A stretch of 64,000 nucleotides of DNA from Botryllus schlosseri. Lineage: Eukaryota. Below the pieces are notes generated by a model. The model worked only from the letters and a program-made list of their open reading frames with translations, made no database searches and was not told where the DNA came from. Positions within the stretch are counted from its first letter, which is position 1, and each line of letters starts with the position of its first letter. Made by a program: the position numbers and the translations under genes. The stretch spans positions 28,148,001 to 28,212,000 of the forward strand of contig CM119376.1 in the NCBI GenBank assembly GCA_051294905.1, given 5' to 3'. Below are positions 1 to 13,400 of this stretch, piece after piece.

Positions 1-2056
1 TACCGGTATTGCCTGGGTGTTCGGATATTTAATGCTTCTATCAAAAGATGCAACCTATCTCACAGTCATGAGCTGGGTTTTTGCCATTTTGAACACTATT
101 CAGGTTAGTCAGTCGTTGTTTTTTGTTTCACCCACGCCGTGTAATGTTAAAACGTGAATCGTACAAACCTTGAAAATCTCTTTCGAAGAACAATACCGAA
201 TGTACGCCAGGTCATAACTGCGGCATCCCAAACAGTCAATGTCCGAGGCCTATGTTCAAGGCGGTCCCAAAAGTGTTGTGCTGATCGACCATGACTTCAT
301 CATTATGGTGAAAGTCGACACGGGAACTGTAACACAGTATTCGTTTCGAGCCACCCTGGTTCCTAATCTCTGATTTCTTATGCCCAGGGTTGCCATGCCG
401 TCCTTATTTCTAAGATTTGTCCTTATTTTGAAGGGCCACGTCTTAGAAAACTCAACTGTCCTTATTTTGTCTTATTTTCAACCACCACAGATCTTTACAG
501 AGCGTTTTCCTCTGGTATCTGTGTTGCATAATATTCTCAAATTATGCTTTTGCGTCGAGATTTCATGACATCATAAATCTCTCGTGACGTACACACCACA
601 AGATTTGAATTCCAAGTAGTGAGATAGCTATAGGGCAGTGAGTGGTGGTATAGCAGTTTCGTCTGTACCCAGCTGCCACAGCGGACGTCATTTTAGCAGT
701 AAACAGCAGTACCAGGTACCTGCTGATTGGTCTACAGCAGAATAGGCTCAAGCTGTGGGAAAGGCAACATTTATTGCGTAGTGAAAAAATGCGCAGTGCA
801 TTCGACACATTGGTTAAACAGTTAAAGCTATGAATCATTGATAAATGTATCTAAATTATGTTGCACTTGCGCATATAGTTTTAGCTAATAGTAAGGCGAA
901 ATCTGATTACTTGAAATGAGCAGACGTAAAAACGTTTTTAGTGACGATTTTGAGAGAGAATTCAAAGGTGTCAATGAAGCTTGAAGGGCGAGTGTTTCGC
1001 ACATTGCAATATCTGCAATTGTGACATTAACTTGGACGCCATAGGAGAGACCGCTATTTCAACTCACATTGGTACCCCAAAACACAAGAAGTGTGTCATG
1101 ATGATCAATTTGAGCCAGTCGATGTGTAATTTTTCCACAATTCGATCAGCACTAACGACCACAGACTACAAGGCACCTGCTGCACAAGGGTACCTGGGCA
1201 TTCCATACTATCAAACACTAGCAATCATTCCTCGCCAACGATTGTACATCGCAATTGTTCAAAGCAATATTCCCCGCTTCCAACATCGTAAATAAGTTTT
1301 TTTCGGCCAGGACCAAGACTATAAGCATTGTTACTAAAGTTCCTGCTCCATACGTCAAAAAGGGATTTTGTCTAAACTTGGTGTACGGCCTTTTCCGTCT
1401 TGATTGACACCTCTAATCACAACGAGGTGAAGAAGTTTGGTTTATCACTCTATGGGGGCCAAAGACTATAAACCAAACGTTTTTTTTTGGGGGGGGGGGC
1501 GGGCTGACGAAGTGCTGTTTTGGCCCTGAGTAAAGTTAAACCTTGACCTGAGCTGTCGTGAGAACCAGGAAGCACTTTCGAATAACAAGGAGTTGCTGAA
1601 GCAGATTGTTTCTGGCGAAAAGTACGGAATTTGATATGCCCCGGCTCGTATAAATACAAAGTATGTACAAAAACGCCTTTTCATGCTGATATAATTTTTC
1701 CACTGTCCTTATTTTTGGGTCCACGTCGATGGTAACCCTGCTTATACCCCATTTACGTGGTTACGCATAAGGGAGTGAGCAGCTAATCGGTGGTCTCTCT
1801 CTCCTGTCAAAGATACAGGATTTTGATTTTTCCATCGTTTTTACAGGGCTTGGTGATATTCCTGAGTACTTGCGTTCGTAATGAGACGATGCGCAACATC
1901 TGGCTACAGCCACTGTTGAGATGCTGCGGCAGAGACAGCAAATATAAGCTGGAGTCCACTTCGAAGTCTTCTTCGGAAAATACATATTCGACGGCCACGA
2001 GGGGAACATCGGTGCAATCGACTACTAAGCCTCTGGCTTCAGAAAGCAACATGTAA
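1..2056 (+). CDS. 3' end of an upstream tandem paralogous aGPCR (exons 1-103 and 1847-2056; 5' part outside window)
   Basis: 1-103 is identical to 53553-53655. Last exon 1847-2056 differs from 54030-54239 by 4 of 69 aa. Splice sites are intact. Confidence 0.9.
385..1740 (+). mobile_element. hAT deletion derivative with BED-like zinc-finger remnant
   Basis: TIR cagggttgcca/tggtaaccctg; TSD cttatgcc/cttatacc; subterminal gtccttattt repeats. ORF 981-1295 has CNICNCD...HIGTPKH (C2H2 BED-like). The element is absent from the paralogous intron 53656-54029. Confidence 0.82.
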
Positions 2057-3720
2057 CAGGGACAGAAGGCTCGATAACATGTGTAGTGTTATGATGTCAC
2101 ACCGAGAGACCATTATGCAGTGAATTTCCTTGGTGTTGACGCATGGGTAGACATTGAATTTTACGGGCCAGCCGAACGCACTGATGTGTCCGTCGTTGTA
2201 CTTTCGTCGTGATTAATCCTCACGGTATTGAAAATATATAATCATTAGATTTCTTGCTACGAATTATGACATTCTTCCAGCAGTACACTGTATTTTTCCT
2301 AGTAGAGTATATCAATGATTTCACGGATGTTGACGGTGAATCAGTGAATACTAGGCAGTAGGCAAGGTCATGATGACAAGTCAAGACCGTTATGTTCTAG
2401 AGAACGCTCCAAGTAATTATGTCCATATTGTGGCGATTATTGTAATCCGATTTAAAGATTATAGTAGGATTGAACGCACCTCATATTTTCCCGATTCTCT
2501 AACCTGTATGTAACCATCGGGGGCTGTGCAGTTCCAGAATTTAAATTCGGATTCGGAAGCGGGGCTGTATATTATATAGTGATTCTTACCAGATTCAGTA
2601 ATTAATTTTTTGTGATTTAATGTCATGATTAATTAATTTGGTAATATATAATTGAATTATTACCTAATTCGTGATCAAACTTTATCACCTGCGATCAATG
2701 ATAAAATATATAAAAAATGGTTGGTTATAACTGAGATGCAGACTACATGTCGGAATTGCGTTCTTCTGGATGTGCTCTCATCATGAGGTTTATTGCAATG
2801 GTACTGTTATGTAATGATGTAAATATGATACGATTATATCTATAACCCTGTAAAGTCTCTCGTTTGCATAGTTAACTAGTTTGATGTATTAGTAATAAGT
2901 ATGCATTGCACAAAGTCACAGTCAGTTTACCAGTGGATTTTTCCACGATGCACTTTCCTTCGCATATGGCGGTGTACATTGTGTTGTGTAGGGTGTAGGT
3001 GTGTGTGACACATTTTGTTACATAATTTTATTATACCGTTTCATCATTTTTCCTTGTAATTAGATTCCCATGTTTGAAATATAAGGTTCGAAGCGAATAT
3101 GAGTAGGAGCATTTGATTTATGAGAAATTGTCACCGCGAAACATACGTTTGTGTGATCGGCACTGAGGAAATATGAGATATCAGACATTCGATTCGATCT
3201 GATGTGTTGGTTGAGAATTTATAATGCATACGTTTTTCAAAGGCCTATATCTATATTGGTGACATCCTCGCCTTGCCGCTTCCGAAAGTAATTTTGACTG
3301 TTGCAGCAATATCGTGCTACCCAGCATAATGCAGTACTGGTAAATGCTTTCACTGGTAGCCTATACTTAATATACGAAAAGCATTTTATCTAAAACATAT
3401 CAATCATATTAATGGAAAACAATTAGTAATAGGTACGAGTGATGACCAAATATTTGTTTTAGAAGCAGTTTAGCACTTTTGGTAGGTACCAGGAGTCAGG
3501 ACCAGCACACACTATCGCGTTGCTGTGCTGTCCATATGATCCCACATCTACCTGCGTTCATCCTTTTGTAAAGTTCTCCGAAGTATAAACAGGGGCAATC
3601 TTGCAGTTAAGTATATTGCTTAAAAGTACCAAATTTATTGATTTACCTTATATCCAGATGGTCATACAATATCGTAGTAGATCTAATAAGATCGTTCAAG
3701 ACCAAACAAGATTGGTAAGC
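2057..3720 (+). repeat. Duplicated 3' UTR/flank shared with 54240-55873 plus 59773-~59870
   Basis: Colinear by-eye alignment, roughly 80-90% identity, interrupted in the downstream copy by the 55874-59772 insertion. Confidence 0.88.
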
Positions 3721-3779
3721 ACAGTAATTAACGTTCGGTGGGCCGGGCACTATTTTGATACGCAGAACGCCACATGACC

Positions 3780-4146
3780 TAGGGTTGCTTTTAAAACAAA
3801 AATCAATTTAAAACAATCATGTTTAAAACAAAGCCCTTGTTTTTCATTGTTTTATATTTTTTACGCCATGACATTACCAATTGAAAACATAGGGTTAATA
3901 TAGCTCCTTTGACGAAATATATACGTTCTATAGCTGTTGAACCGACTATTTTGAGTGTTTCAACCATCCCATATCGCATACGTCGGCTATATTGGATGGT
4001 AATCGTCCGAACATACAACATGTTTTTTGGAAAGTATTTACACAATTATAGCATAATTTTACAACTTAAAGAAAAAACTATTTTGTTTTTTTAAAAGCCT
4101 GTGAAAACAGTGTTTCAAACAACCATTTGTTTTAAATGCAACCCTA
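3780..4146. mobile_element. MITE, TIR TAGGGTTGC.TTTAAAACAA
   Basis: 20-bp TIR with 1 mismatch; no clear TSD. Confidence 0.65.
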
Positions 4147-4292
4147 GCCATATCCAGAATATCGCCTCAGGCATGGCCGTTGTTGTTTTGATATTCATCG
4201 TGTTTCAATATCGTGTTTCAACAATGGTTAATAGTCCGAGGGGGATTCGTAAATCGTAATTAGCAATCTGTTATAAATCAGGTAGTGATTAC

Positions 4293-5220
4293 TAGGGCCA
4301 TTTTTATATGACCTTAAAAAATCAATTATATGACTTTATTTTTGGGAAAATATGACTTTATATGACTTTATGCGAAAATCGTGTATTTTTACATGTAACC
4401 AACGTCGCTCATGGAACTGAAGAGTAAAACATGAACAACATAACAGTAATACGCATCGATTTTTATTTTAAACCACTTTGTCAACTTAAACTTAAACAAC
4501 TCTGTCAACAAAAGGAGTTCGTGTACCACCTAAAAATAGTACATTGAACGCTCTCTCCTTCATGCTGGTGACGTCATATTTTGTGATACGATTGTTGATC
4601 CAATTCTCTACTAGTTGCTGACGATTACCCCTGACGAGTGTCGGCCGAAAATATTCGGGTTCATTTCAATATGAATATACTATTCAATTTCCATTTTCAG
4701 TATCAAGTTTGAAATATTGTTGTAGCGGAGGCATATTTCTGTTGAAATATTGTTGTAGTGGAGGCATAATTCTGTTAACTCGTCAACTTTGGATCGTTCA
4801 CTGACTCTTTGACGCTCCTTGAGCTTCCCATGCGTTGAAATGACGTCCCATTTCAGTGCACAGAAGTAAAACAGATTGTGTAGCAACACAATGCAATGTG
4901 TGACCTCATAATGCAATATGTGACCTCGTAGGTCTGCGACTGTAATGTTATGTAGGCTAACCTTACAGTTTGCCTTCGTTCAATCAGAAATTGCCCTACT
5001 TTCTTAGTGCGTAATTGCTTCAATTGGCACTTTTTATTTAAAGTATACAACAATATGACTTTATAACTCAAATATGACCTAACCAGTAAAATATGACTTT
5101 ATATGACTTTATAACTTTCTTAATATACCCCATATGGATGCGGTTTATGCGTTAAAATTGATTTCACGACCTACTGATGCATAGAAAAAAATATGACTTT
5201 AATGACTTTAAATGGCCCTA
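4293..5220. mobile_element. hAT-type MITE with ATATGACTTT subterminal repeats
   Basis: TIR tagggccattt; perfect TSD gtgattac. Confidence 0.88.
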
Positions 5221-5747
5221 GTGATTACCTTAACACGAATACAAGTTTGGAAATTTGTCACATGTGGAATATACCTAGATGTGGTTAAAGTAGTCAACAA
5301 AGTTACTCAGGTAGAAGTAAAGTAGTGACGTGATATTCAACGCGAGTAAGAATAGAAGTAGTACTGTCCTGAACGGTTCCAAACTCCAAATTAGAATATC
5401 CTTGCCACTCGGGTAAGTAAGAAGTTTTGGAAATGTTTTTACTGCACCCTCATTGACCGCCAAACTGGAATCTTATACACGAGGATGGTGCTGATAGCTT
5501 AGTAAGCAGACTTGAACAAACTACCCATTTAGTTAGTTGATGGTCAACTGACTAACGGTTTTTTGAATAGGTTCAGTTGTGGATTTTGAAAAGTAAGTAG
5601 ATCTAGTTCTAGTTCTAATTGCATATTTGAAAAATGTATTATAGCTGCCGAACAACGAACAACACGTTTCGTCGTTTGTGTGAATCTTGATACTGATGTA
5701 CTGTTGAATGATGTTTGTGCAGCCATTGCTAGCTCAGAACCATCACT

Positions 5748-6154
5748 TAGGGTTACCATACGTCCTCTTTTAAGAGGATTTGTCCTCTTTTTTGACTTTT
5801 TTGAAAGTGTCCTCGGAGGACGGCCTCTTGTCCTCTTTTTTGAGATTTTTTCCTCTTTTTTGAAAATTTAGGTCAGATTTAGAGGAAATTGCGAGTGATA
5901 TGCCGCAAATTAGCGCAGAAGTGAAGCTTCGGTGGGTATTTCGGAGGGAAAAGCGGGGATTTTAGCTCTGAGCGAAAAGAAGACCTTTTTTTTAGTCATC
6001 TACCTGGCAATGTGGAGAGAAAAACGTTATTTTGAGCTATGAGCGGAAGTGATGACCTTTTTTTTTTAGTCAACCGATCACGAAGTGAGAAAAATTTATT
6101 ATAAATTTCTGAAAAAATGTCCTCTTTTTACATTTCCAAAATATAGTAAGCCTA
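5748..6154 (+). mobile_element. TAGGGTTACCAT-family hAT MITE
   Basis: Perfect TSD ccatcact; GTCCTC repeats. Relatives at 16581, 30916, 32165 and 58894. Confidence 0.88.
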
Positions 6155-9100
6155 CCATCACTACTAGCAGTGGCGTAGCCAGTGGGTAGATTTTTGGGTC
6201 GAAATCTTTCTCTCATGTCAAACTCAAAACCACGTCCTTGTGAAATGTAATTTTTTTGTTTGATATTTCCGATAAAATAAAAATTAATGTGTTGCCCGGG
6301 AGAATGAAATTCAGTTCAGTACGGTTCATGACATTTAATGACTTGGAAACTCCTTTTCCAGAGGTGGGCAATTATTCTTTTGAGAATGAGAAGCAGGAAA
6401 TACGTTGGCAGGCCAAGTCAAAAGTTTGTAGGGCTACTCTATTGTGTGGCGCATTAATTTGTAATTATTTCTAAATTGAAATCACTGAATAACGTTGTTT
6501 ACACATGCTTCTGAGTGGATTTGCTAATATTAGGCAATTGGAAAGTTAGAGTTAATGTACAAAAACAAGAAACATTGCTAACTGTTGCAGACACGTCATT
6601 CTATTAAGACACCAAAATGTATGGGATACGCTTGGACACTATACATCCCGAGCGGTGTGAGCGGTGTGAGCGGTGTGAGCGGTGCTTGCTTGGTGAAATA
6701 GCCTTGTTGTTTTGGTGGTTTCGCTGGCAGGTTTTCCGAAATTCGCCTTCTCGCATCCTCATCCGAGTGACTGCGTGTTTATGCTATAATGAACCCATGT
6801 TATATAGAATTTATTTGGAATCTAGATTACTCATACCACGAACGAAACCGCAACCGCGGTACATGAATATAAACATTAGGCAGCCTTCAAAGTAAACCCA
6901 CTTCCGGTACAATTTATACAGCCCATGGTTTTAATTATAGTACTCATTCAAATGTATAGTTCAAAATTCCAAGCAACTTTTCGCGGCCAGGATTTGACTC
7001 GCGGGCCGGATTTGACCCACGGGCCGTAAAATTCTCAGTGGCGCCCTATGCTAATCTGTAAGCCTTCGAACTCCGAATTTTCAGTAAGTCACAAAAACAA
7101 AAATATCCCACATTACACGTCTAACTGCATATTTAATACACTATCAGTACTTACATTGTGCGGCCGGAAATACCAGCCAAGAACCACTGATCTAGCTAGT
7201 TGTATATAGTATGTGGCGGATTTTAAAAGGTCGTTAGTTCTAGTTCTAGTTGCAGGTTTTGAAAAGTGGGTGGTTCTAGTTCGAGTTGTCATGTCGTCGT
7301 GTGTCATGTGTACGATTCCCGACGTGGCAATTTCACTTTTTCACTAAAACGTGTTTACATCACCGCGAAGTGAGAATTATGTAAGTATGTCTGGCAGGTT
7401 ACGCAGTTTGGAACGAGAAACCGTACCGGTAAGGGTAAGGTACTTACTTACAAAGCTCCAACATTCGAAGAGATATTCCGTCGTACAAGATGATATGGCA
7501 GCCGATCGGATGGGTAGGCTACGATAGGAGTTGTACGCATATGCCGCATACACAGTCCAAGGCACTGCTGATAGCTATTTGTACAGGTAATACGTTCATC
7601 TATTCAATAAATAAACAAACAAACAAATATTTCAACAGTCAAATGCGGCATCGTAGCGACAAATTTTTCTGCGATTTCCAAGGTCTTGGCCAATTATGGA
7701 GAGCTTTTCGGTGCACAACTTCAATTAGAGGCCCGGAGGATGAAGTTACCATGGTGACCAAATCTAAAAATATCGGCATAAAAATATTCATCTAGTTCTA
7801 TTAGCCGTATGATCCCTTCATATCCAGCATGGGTTGGGTGTCAATGATAGTTTTTGCTTCATATTTTGTAATCTCATCATACAACATTGCACAGCCGGTG
7901 TCGTTCTCGTTCTCTATATAGCTGATGTTCTAATCTAAACATTTGAATTCTTGCGGTTGCTATAGAGTCAATATTTGCACCTATTTGAATATCATTACTT
8001 ACGTAATATTCGTTCTTGTTATTATAAATGCCATACAGTTTTATATGTTGCTATGTAGTAAGTACTATATCCGTACACGGCGGAGGTCTCCGAAGTCCGC
8101 ACAATTCATCCAGAATTCCTACCTAAGCGTTACAGGTTTATCTACGCTGTTATTCGCCATCTCATCCGTGAAAGCGGTGTCTTATGAAAGTCTAGAAGTG
8201 GGACATGCTATAAATCGGCAGCTACGGAATATAAATGAAGAAAATTGACTGGGTGTAAATGACCATAGTAGTCGACAAACACCATGGGTACTTCAAAATA
8301 AACAAAATACTCGGCTGTGGCGTATACTGTCGCGTGCAAAGATTCACTCGCGACCAGACACGTCATTGCTATGCTGTTGTTGCTTTGGGCAATTACTCTC
8401 CACTGATTCATTGACGTTGTAGAAGTAATGGTCAACTCAAGAGAGGAGGGTTGGAGCGATTGCATGTAAAAGAAGGTCAGTCCGAGCACAATAAAGACCA
8501 TAGTTCTGCTGCACCTAACCCCAAACCCTAGCCACTATCGCTAAGAACCCCAATCCGAATGATCCAAACCCACGCAACCCCGATGACAACCACCCCAAAG
8601 CTATGGTCCCGCACATTCAACAACAATTATACTAACCCTACACAAAATACCCCTACCCCAACCCTAGTAACCCTATATCCCCGCCATAATTACCGTAACT
8701 TGATCCCTCAATCCTAATTACCCTAACCCCGTGCTGTTCTCTTTACTAGCCTTAATCAGAGTAGGTGTGATGTCTCGACTTAAAGCTTCTGCATCAGAAC
8801 ACCTTGAAAGAATAAGCTATGAAATATAACAATGTTCCCAGTCTAGCGGTCAAGGACTATAGTTTTCTGACTTCCTACTACCGTGTTGTGACGTCACGAA
8901 AATTCTCTCAAGTTAACTTTTTAGCATCACACTTCTCGTGACGTCGCAATTTGGCCAAACATTCATATGTCTTGGTGTGTCCAGGTGCGGAAATGGTCAG
9001 CGCCGAAATGCCAATGATGCACCCGCAGGCTGTGCACCCCCTGACGAAAGTATTTCAACGGCCTCGAGCGAGCTGCTCTCATGATTGCGAATATACTGGT

Positions 9101-9712
9101 CGACTTAATTTCTATAGAATTATGCGTAGTTTGTTCGGGAGCGGGTAAAATTTAGAATTAAATAATTCTTCGTCAAAACACTCTACTTTATGTTGATTAA
9201 CAATATAATGTCGGGCCACCATCGAGTTTGGTTGGTTTAAAAGTAGTTGCCTGGAATTTGTTATATTCCAATAAATTGTTTTTGTTGGATAGTTTGGATA
9301 TTTTTGAACGTGCTTCGTGGTCCAAAAATTGTCTCGCGGACCCCAAAAAGACCGAGGGTCCCAGTTTGAAAACCACTGATCTAGATCTTTAGTTGGATAT
9401 GAAATTTCAATGTTGAAATGAAAAAGTAAAATTTGGATTTTATAGTTAGGCTACTATATGAAACATATTTTTAATTTGATATAAAAAAAAATTGATTCCA
9501 CAAGAAAAAGGTCGAGCTGATCTTATTTTACATGTAGCGCTCTCCTCGCCACCTCATCCGCGTCAGGGGTGTCTTAAAAAAAGCCTAGAGGTGGGCCGTG
9601 CTATAAGTCGGCAGTTACGGAAAATAAGAAGAATATCGGCCTTGTGTAAATGACCATAATAGTAGTCGACAAACACCCAAAAAAACAAACAAACAAACAT
9701 GTAGCGCTGATC

Positions 9713-9822
9713 TTATTTTGCATGTGACTGACCTTATTTTGCATGTCGCGACTGACCTTATTTTGCATGTGACTGACCTTATTTTGCATGTGACTGACCT
9801 TATTTTGCCTGTGATTGACGTT
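9713..9822. repeat. 21-bp minisatellite (gactgaccttattttgcatgt) x~5
   Basis: Tandem units are directly visible; one unit has a 3-nt insertion. Confidence 0.85.
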
Positions 9823-10493
9823 ATTTTCTATGCAATCACACCCACCCTGTATACTCAAGACACTACTTCCCGCTTCCTCTCCAACTCCGTACCTGTAGGC
9901 TTCCACATCGGCTAGCGTTAGAATACTACGCAGTTAGCTTATAGACCAGGGGTGTCAAACTCAACTTGAGCCGCGGGCCGGATTCAAACCTTCAGATCGC
10001 TCACGGGCCGGACTAGTCAAATAATTTTAAAATGTTACCTCAAAATCCATGCTCTTGCTTTTCACTTGAATACCTTATTACCAAGCCTACACACGTGATA
10101 TTATATTACATTATATTACTATCAAGGGACACCATTCCAGCAACACCTTTCCCAAACAATAGAATTGACGAAACTAGGATGATTGACCGGTTGAATACAG
10201 TTATACATCCCTGAAAGTGACGGTACAAGTTTGCATATTTCTATGCTTCCTTTGTTTTAGTCGTAATCTGGCGTTAGCCCTGGGTATGCGTTTTGAGGAA
10301 TGCAAGAGATTCAGCTGTAAACGAGGGCGTTTGAATTTGGTACACCAGGATTAAATCGCGATACAGGTTTCCATATGGAGGCCAGGGACTTTTTGAGCCA
10401 AACGGATGCCGCAGTGAGACATCAAATATTTGAATTATATTTTGTGACTATTTAATTCTCCATGTAACTGCGTATAACAGTTTTGCATTGGTG

Positions 10494-13400
10494 GGTGGGT
10501 GGTTATTTGTGATGAGTTCAGCTTAGCTGCTAAGACTTTGTGTACCAGAACCGTGTTTACTGCCTATTCCTTAAATCCCTTGTCATATGTCTCTTCCGTT
10601 CAATATAAAATAGTCGATTAACAGTTGAATCGTTCTCCGATTAACTATCGAGAGAAAATACTGTGTAAGGCAGGGGTGGCCAAAGGGCCACATTTGATTG
10701 ACGAACTATTGCGCGGGCCACGAGCCGCGCCAAGCGCGAAAATTTTTCGAAGTTCATAGGTCAATAATATTGTCACTTGAATATATTGCGGGCCTGATGT
10801 ATATCGCTGGTCTCAGTTTGCTAGGAATGGATTATTCGGCGCCTGGACATATCGATATCGAAAGCTTCGACCAACATGTGTCAATTCTTTTGTGCCTATA
10901 GGTTTCATTGTCGACGGTCTTTCTGCGAGCGCAAACGCAAGGTCGCATAAGTTGAACGACACTTGTCTCGTAATCGCGAATATAGTTAGACTTAATCTGA
11001 TACATTAGGCGTTCTTTCATTTTCACAAATGGGTAACAATATTAAAAGCAAGAAATCGAGTGACAACATGTTGCGCGAAGCGTGTAGAAATTTTTTGCTT
11101 TTGATAAATCTATCGCAAATTATTCCGATTTATTGTAGTTTACGAAGATCTAGCAAAATCTGACTGGCTCATGGATCTGCCAATGCGTCGGAACTGATAG
11201 TCATCACATCTCAGGTGTTGCGGCCAGACTAATCAAATTTTTGGTTCGCCTTGCAATTACACAATCTGTGCAATCCATTTTTGATAATATTACTAATTTC
11301 GGAAATTACCTCGCGGGCCACTCAAAACCTTCTCGCGGGCCATATGTGGCCCGCGGGCCACGGGTTGGCCGGCGCTGGTGTAAGGGGTTCGATACTTCTG
11401 TACGACTCTGCTCAGATGGGTCTGTTCTACGGAATGTTTATTACAGAAGAGCACGAAATGGTCCACCGTGTCCTGCACACCGCATTCCGCACAGAGTCCA
11501 CTTTCGTGTAAGCTGAGTTTGTGCAGGTGTTTGTTTAGCCTGCAATGACCGGTGTACAATTGGGCCAAGATCGAGTTCTCTCTTCGGCTCCGATGGGTTT
11601 GCTTATGAAAAGTTACTTGGAGTGACTCCATCTCCTGATTTCCGAGTTCGTTCATTTGTTGAGTGGCATTACGTCGTATGTCCATGTAATATTCTGCTAC
11701 GATGGCCTGGCATTCTTTTACTGTAAGTGGATCCATGTTTGGGTGATCGACGGGTTCCATGGATACTTATTCCTTTGCCAGTTTATCGGCGGTTTCGTTA
11801 TATGCAAGTCCTTTGTGTGCGGGTATCCAAACAAACGTGACTGTTGATCCTCTTGCTGATAAATGGATGGTTTGTAAGTGAATATCCCTTTGGATCGGTT
11901 GTCTATTGCTATTATTGAGCTACTACTGTCCGAGAAAATTGCTAATTGTATTTTAGGTTCGCAATTGTTAGACTGTATCTGATAGTCGAAGTCTGCTCAA
12001 TGATTTTTTATACGAAAATTCAAAACTGGGTACATAAAATGCTGATCCACATCCGGCGTCAGTTTTCGAGCCGTCTGCATAAATAGCACAATAGCTTTTG
12101 TATCGCTCCACTATCACTTCCCAGTACTCGATATTCGTAGCTTGGGGATGATTGAGTTCGCGAATTTTCATTTCTAGATCAAGGTCACAAGTGCTATATA
12201 CCGACGTCCAAGGAGGAATTTGTGAATATTGTATACATTTTATTGCTATGTCCTCTAAGCATCCAACCTTTGAAACCATATTAAAGGTTTGAAATCGGAT
12301 AGAGTCTGGAAATGTTTCGTGCCAAGAGTCCTGAATGGCCGAAGTACAGGGGTGATCTCTTTATGATCTTATGATACACCGGTAATTTGCACACGCCTGT
12401 TTGTAACTCATTTCTACGGGCGGCTCGTTGCAGAGAAATTGTAGCGCATGTATCGTAGTGCTCCTCATTGCTCCGCTGCAGTGTCTCATCGCGTTATTTT
12501 GTAGCGTCTGAAGTCCTTTGGAGACATATTTCGGTGAAGCGAAATATGCCTCGATGCCATATTCGATGATCGAGCGTATCAGTGCCCTATACGGTGTTAA
12601 CATGCATTCGTTGGAGGCCCCCCATGTTGTTCCACTCAAACAACGAAGAATGTTCATCCCGGATGTGCATTTTTTGACCACAGATTGTAGATGTGGTTTA
12701 TATGATATTCTCGAGTCAAATATTATGCCCAGATACGTATATTCATTTAGTAACGGTATGGGATCGTTTCCAGACAAAATTTCAAGGGTACGTAACTTGC
12801 GACGTCTCGTAAACAAAATGGCGGCAGATTTGGCGCTATTTATCTTCAAGCCCCATTTCCAGCACCAATTTGTGATCGCCGTGATAGTCTTCTGTTTATC
12901 ATTGCGGACCGTGTCGATGTTTAGCCCAGACTCGTAAAAACAAATGTCATCTGCGTATATATCTGTAACTGCTAACTTAAGAAGCGGGTTTTGCTTTTTT
13001 GTTAATCGGAACTACCGCTGCATGTTTCCAAGAAAGCGGGCATATTCCATCGCTCCAGGACTTGTTGATCATTCGGAGATATTCAATTGCGGTTTGTTGG
13101 GACACGTTTCATATCATCTGGTGGAAAATTCCATCATGGCCGGGCGACGCACTTTTCCTTTGACGTATTACCATCATCAGTTCGTCCATTGTATAGGGCG
13201 TGTTTATTCCAGTGTTCGACCCTATTTCCTGTAGCAGCGGGGTCACCTTATCAACTTCAAACATATTGCGTCTAGTTTGCTCTACTTGTCCAAGGTTTTG
13301 GTTCCCACATACATATGCAAAGTGCTTTCCAAGAGCGTTTGCTTTCTGTTTTTCGTCAGTGAAAACGAGATTGTCGCTTTTCAAGGCAGTAATCACATTC

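Noticed and set aside
9601-9906. ORF with HMQNKVS repeats as a repeat protein
   Set aside because: It is a by-product of a 21-bp minisatellite that is open on both strands.
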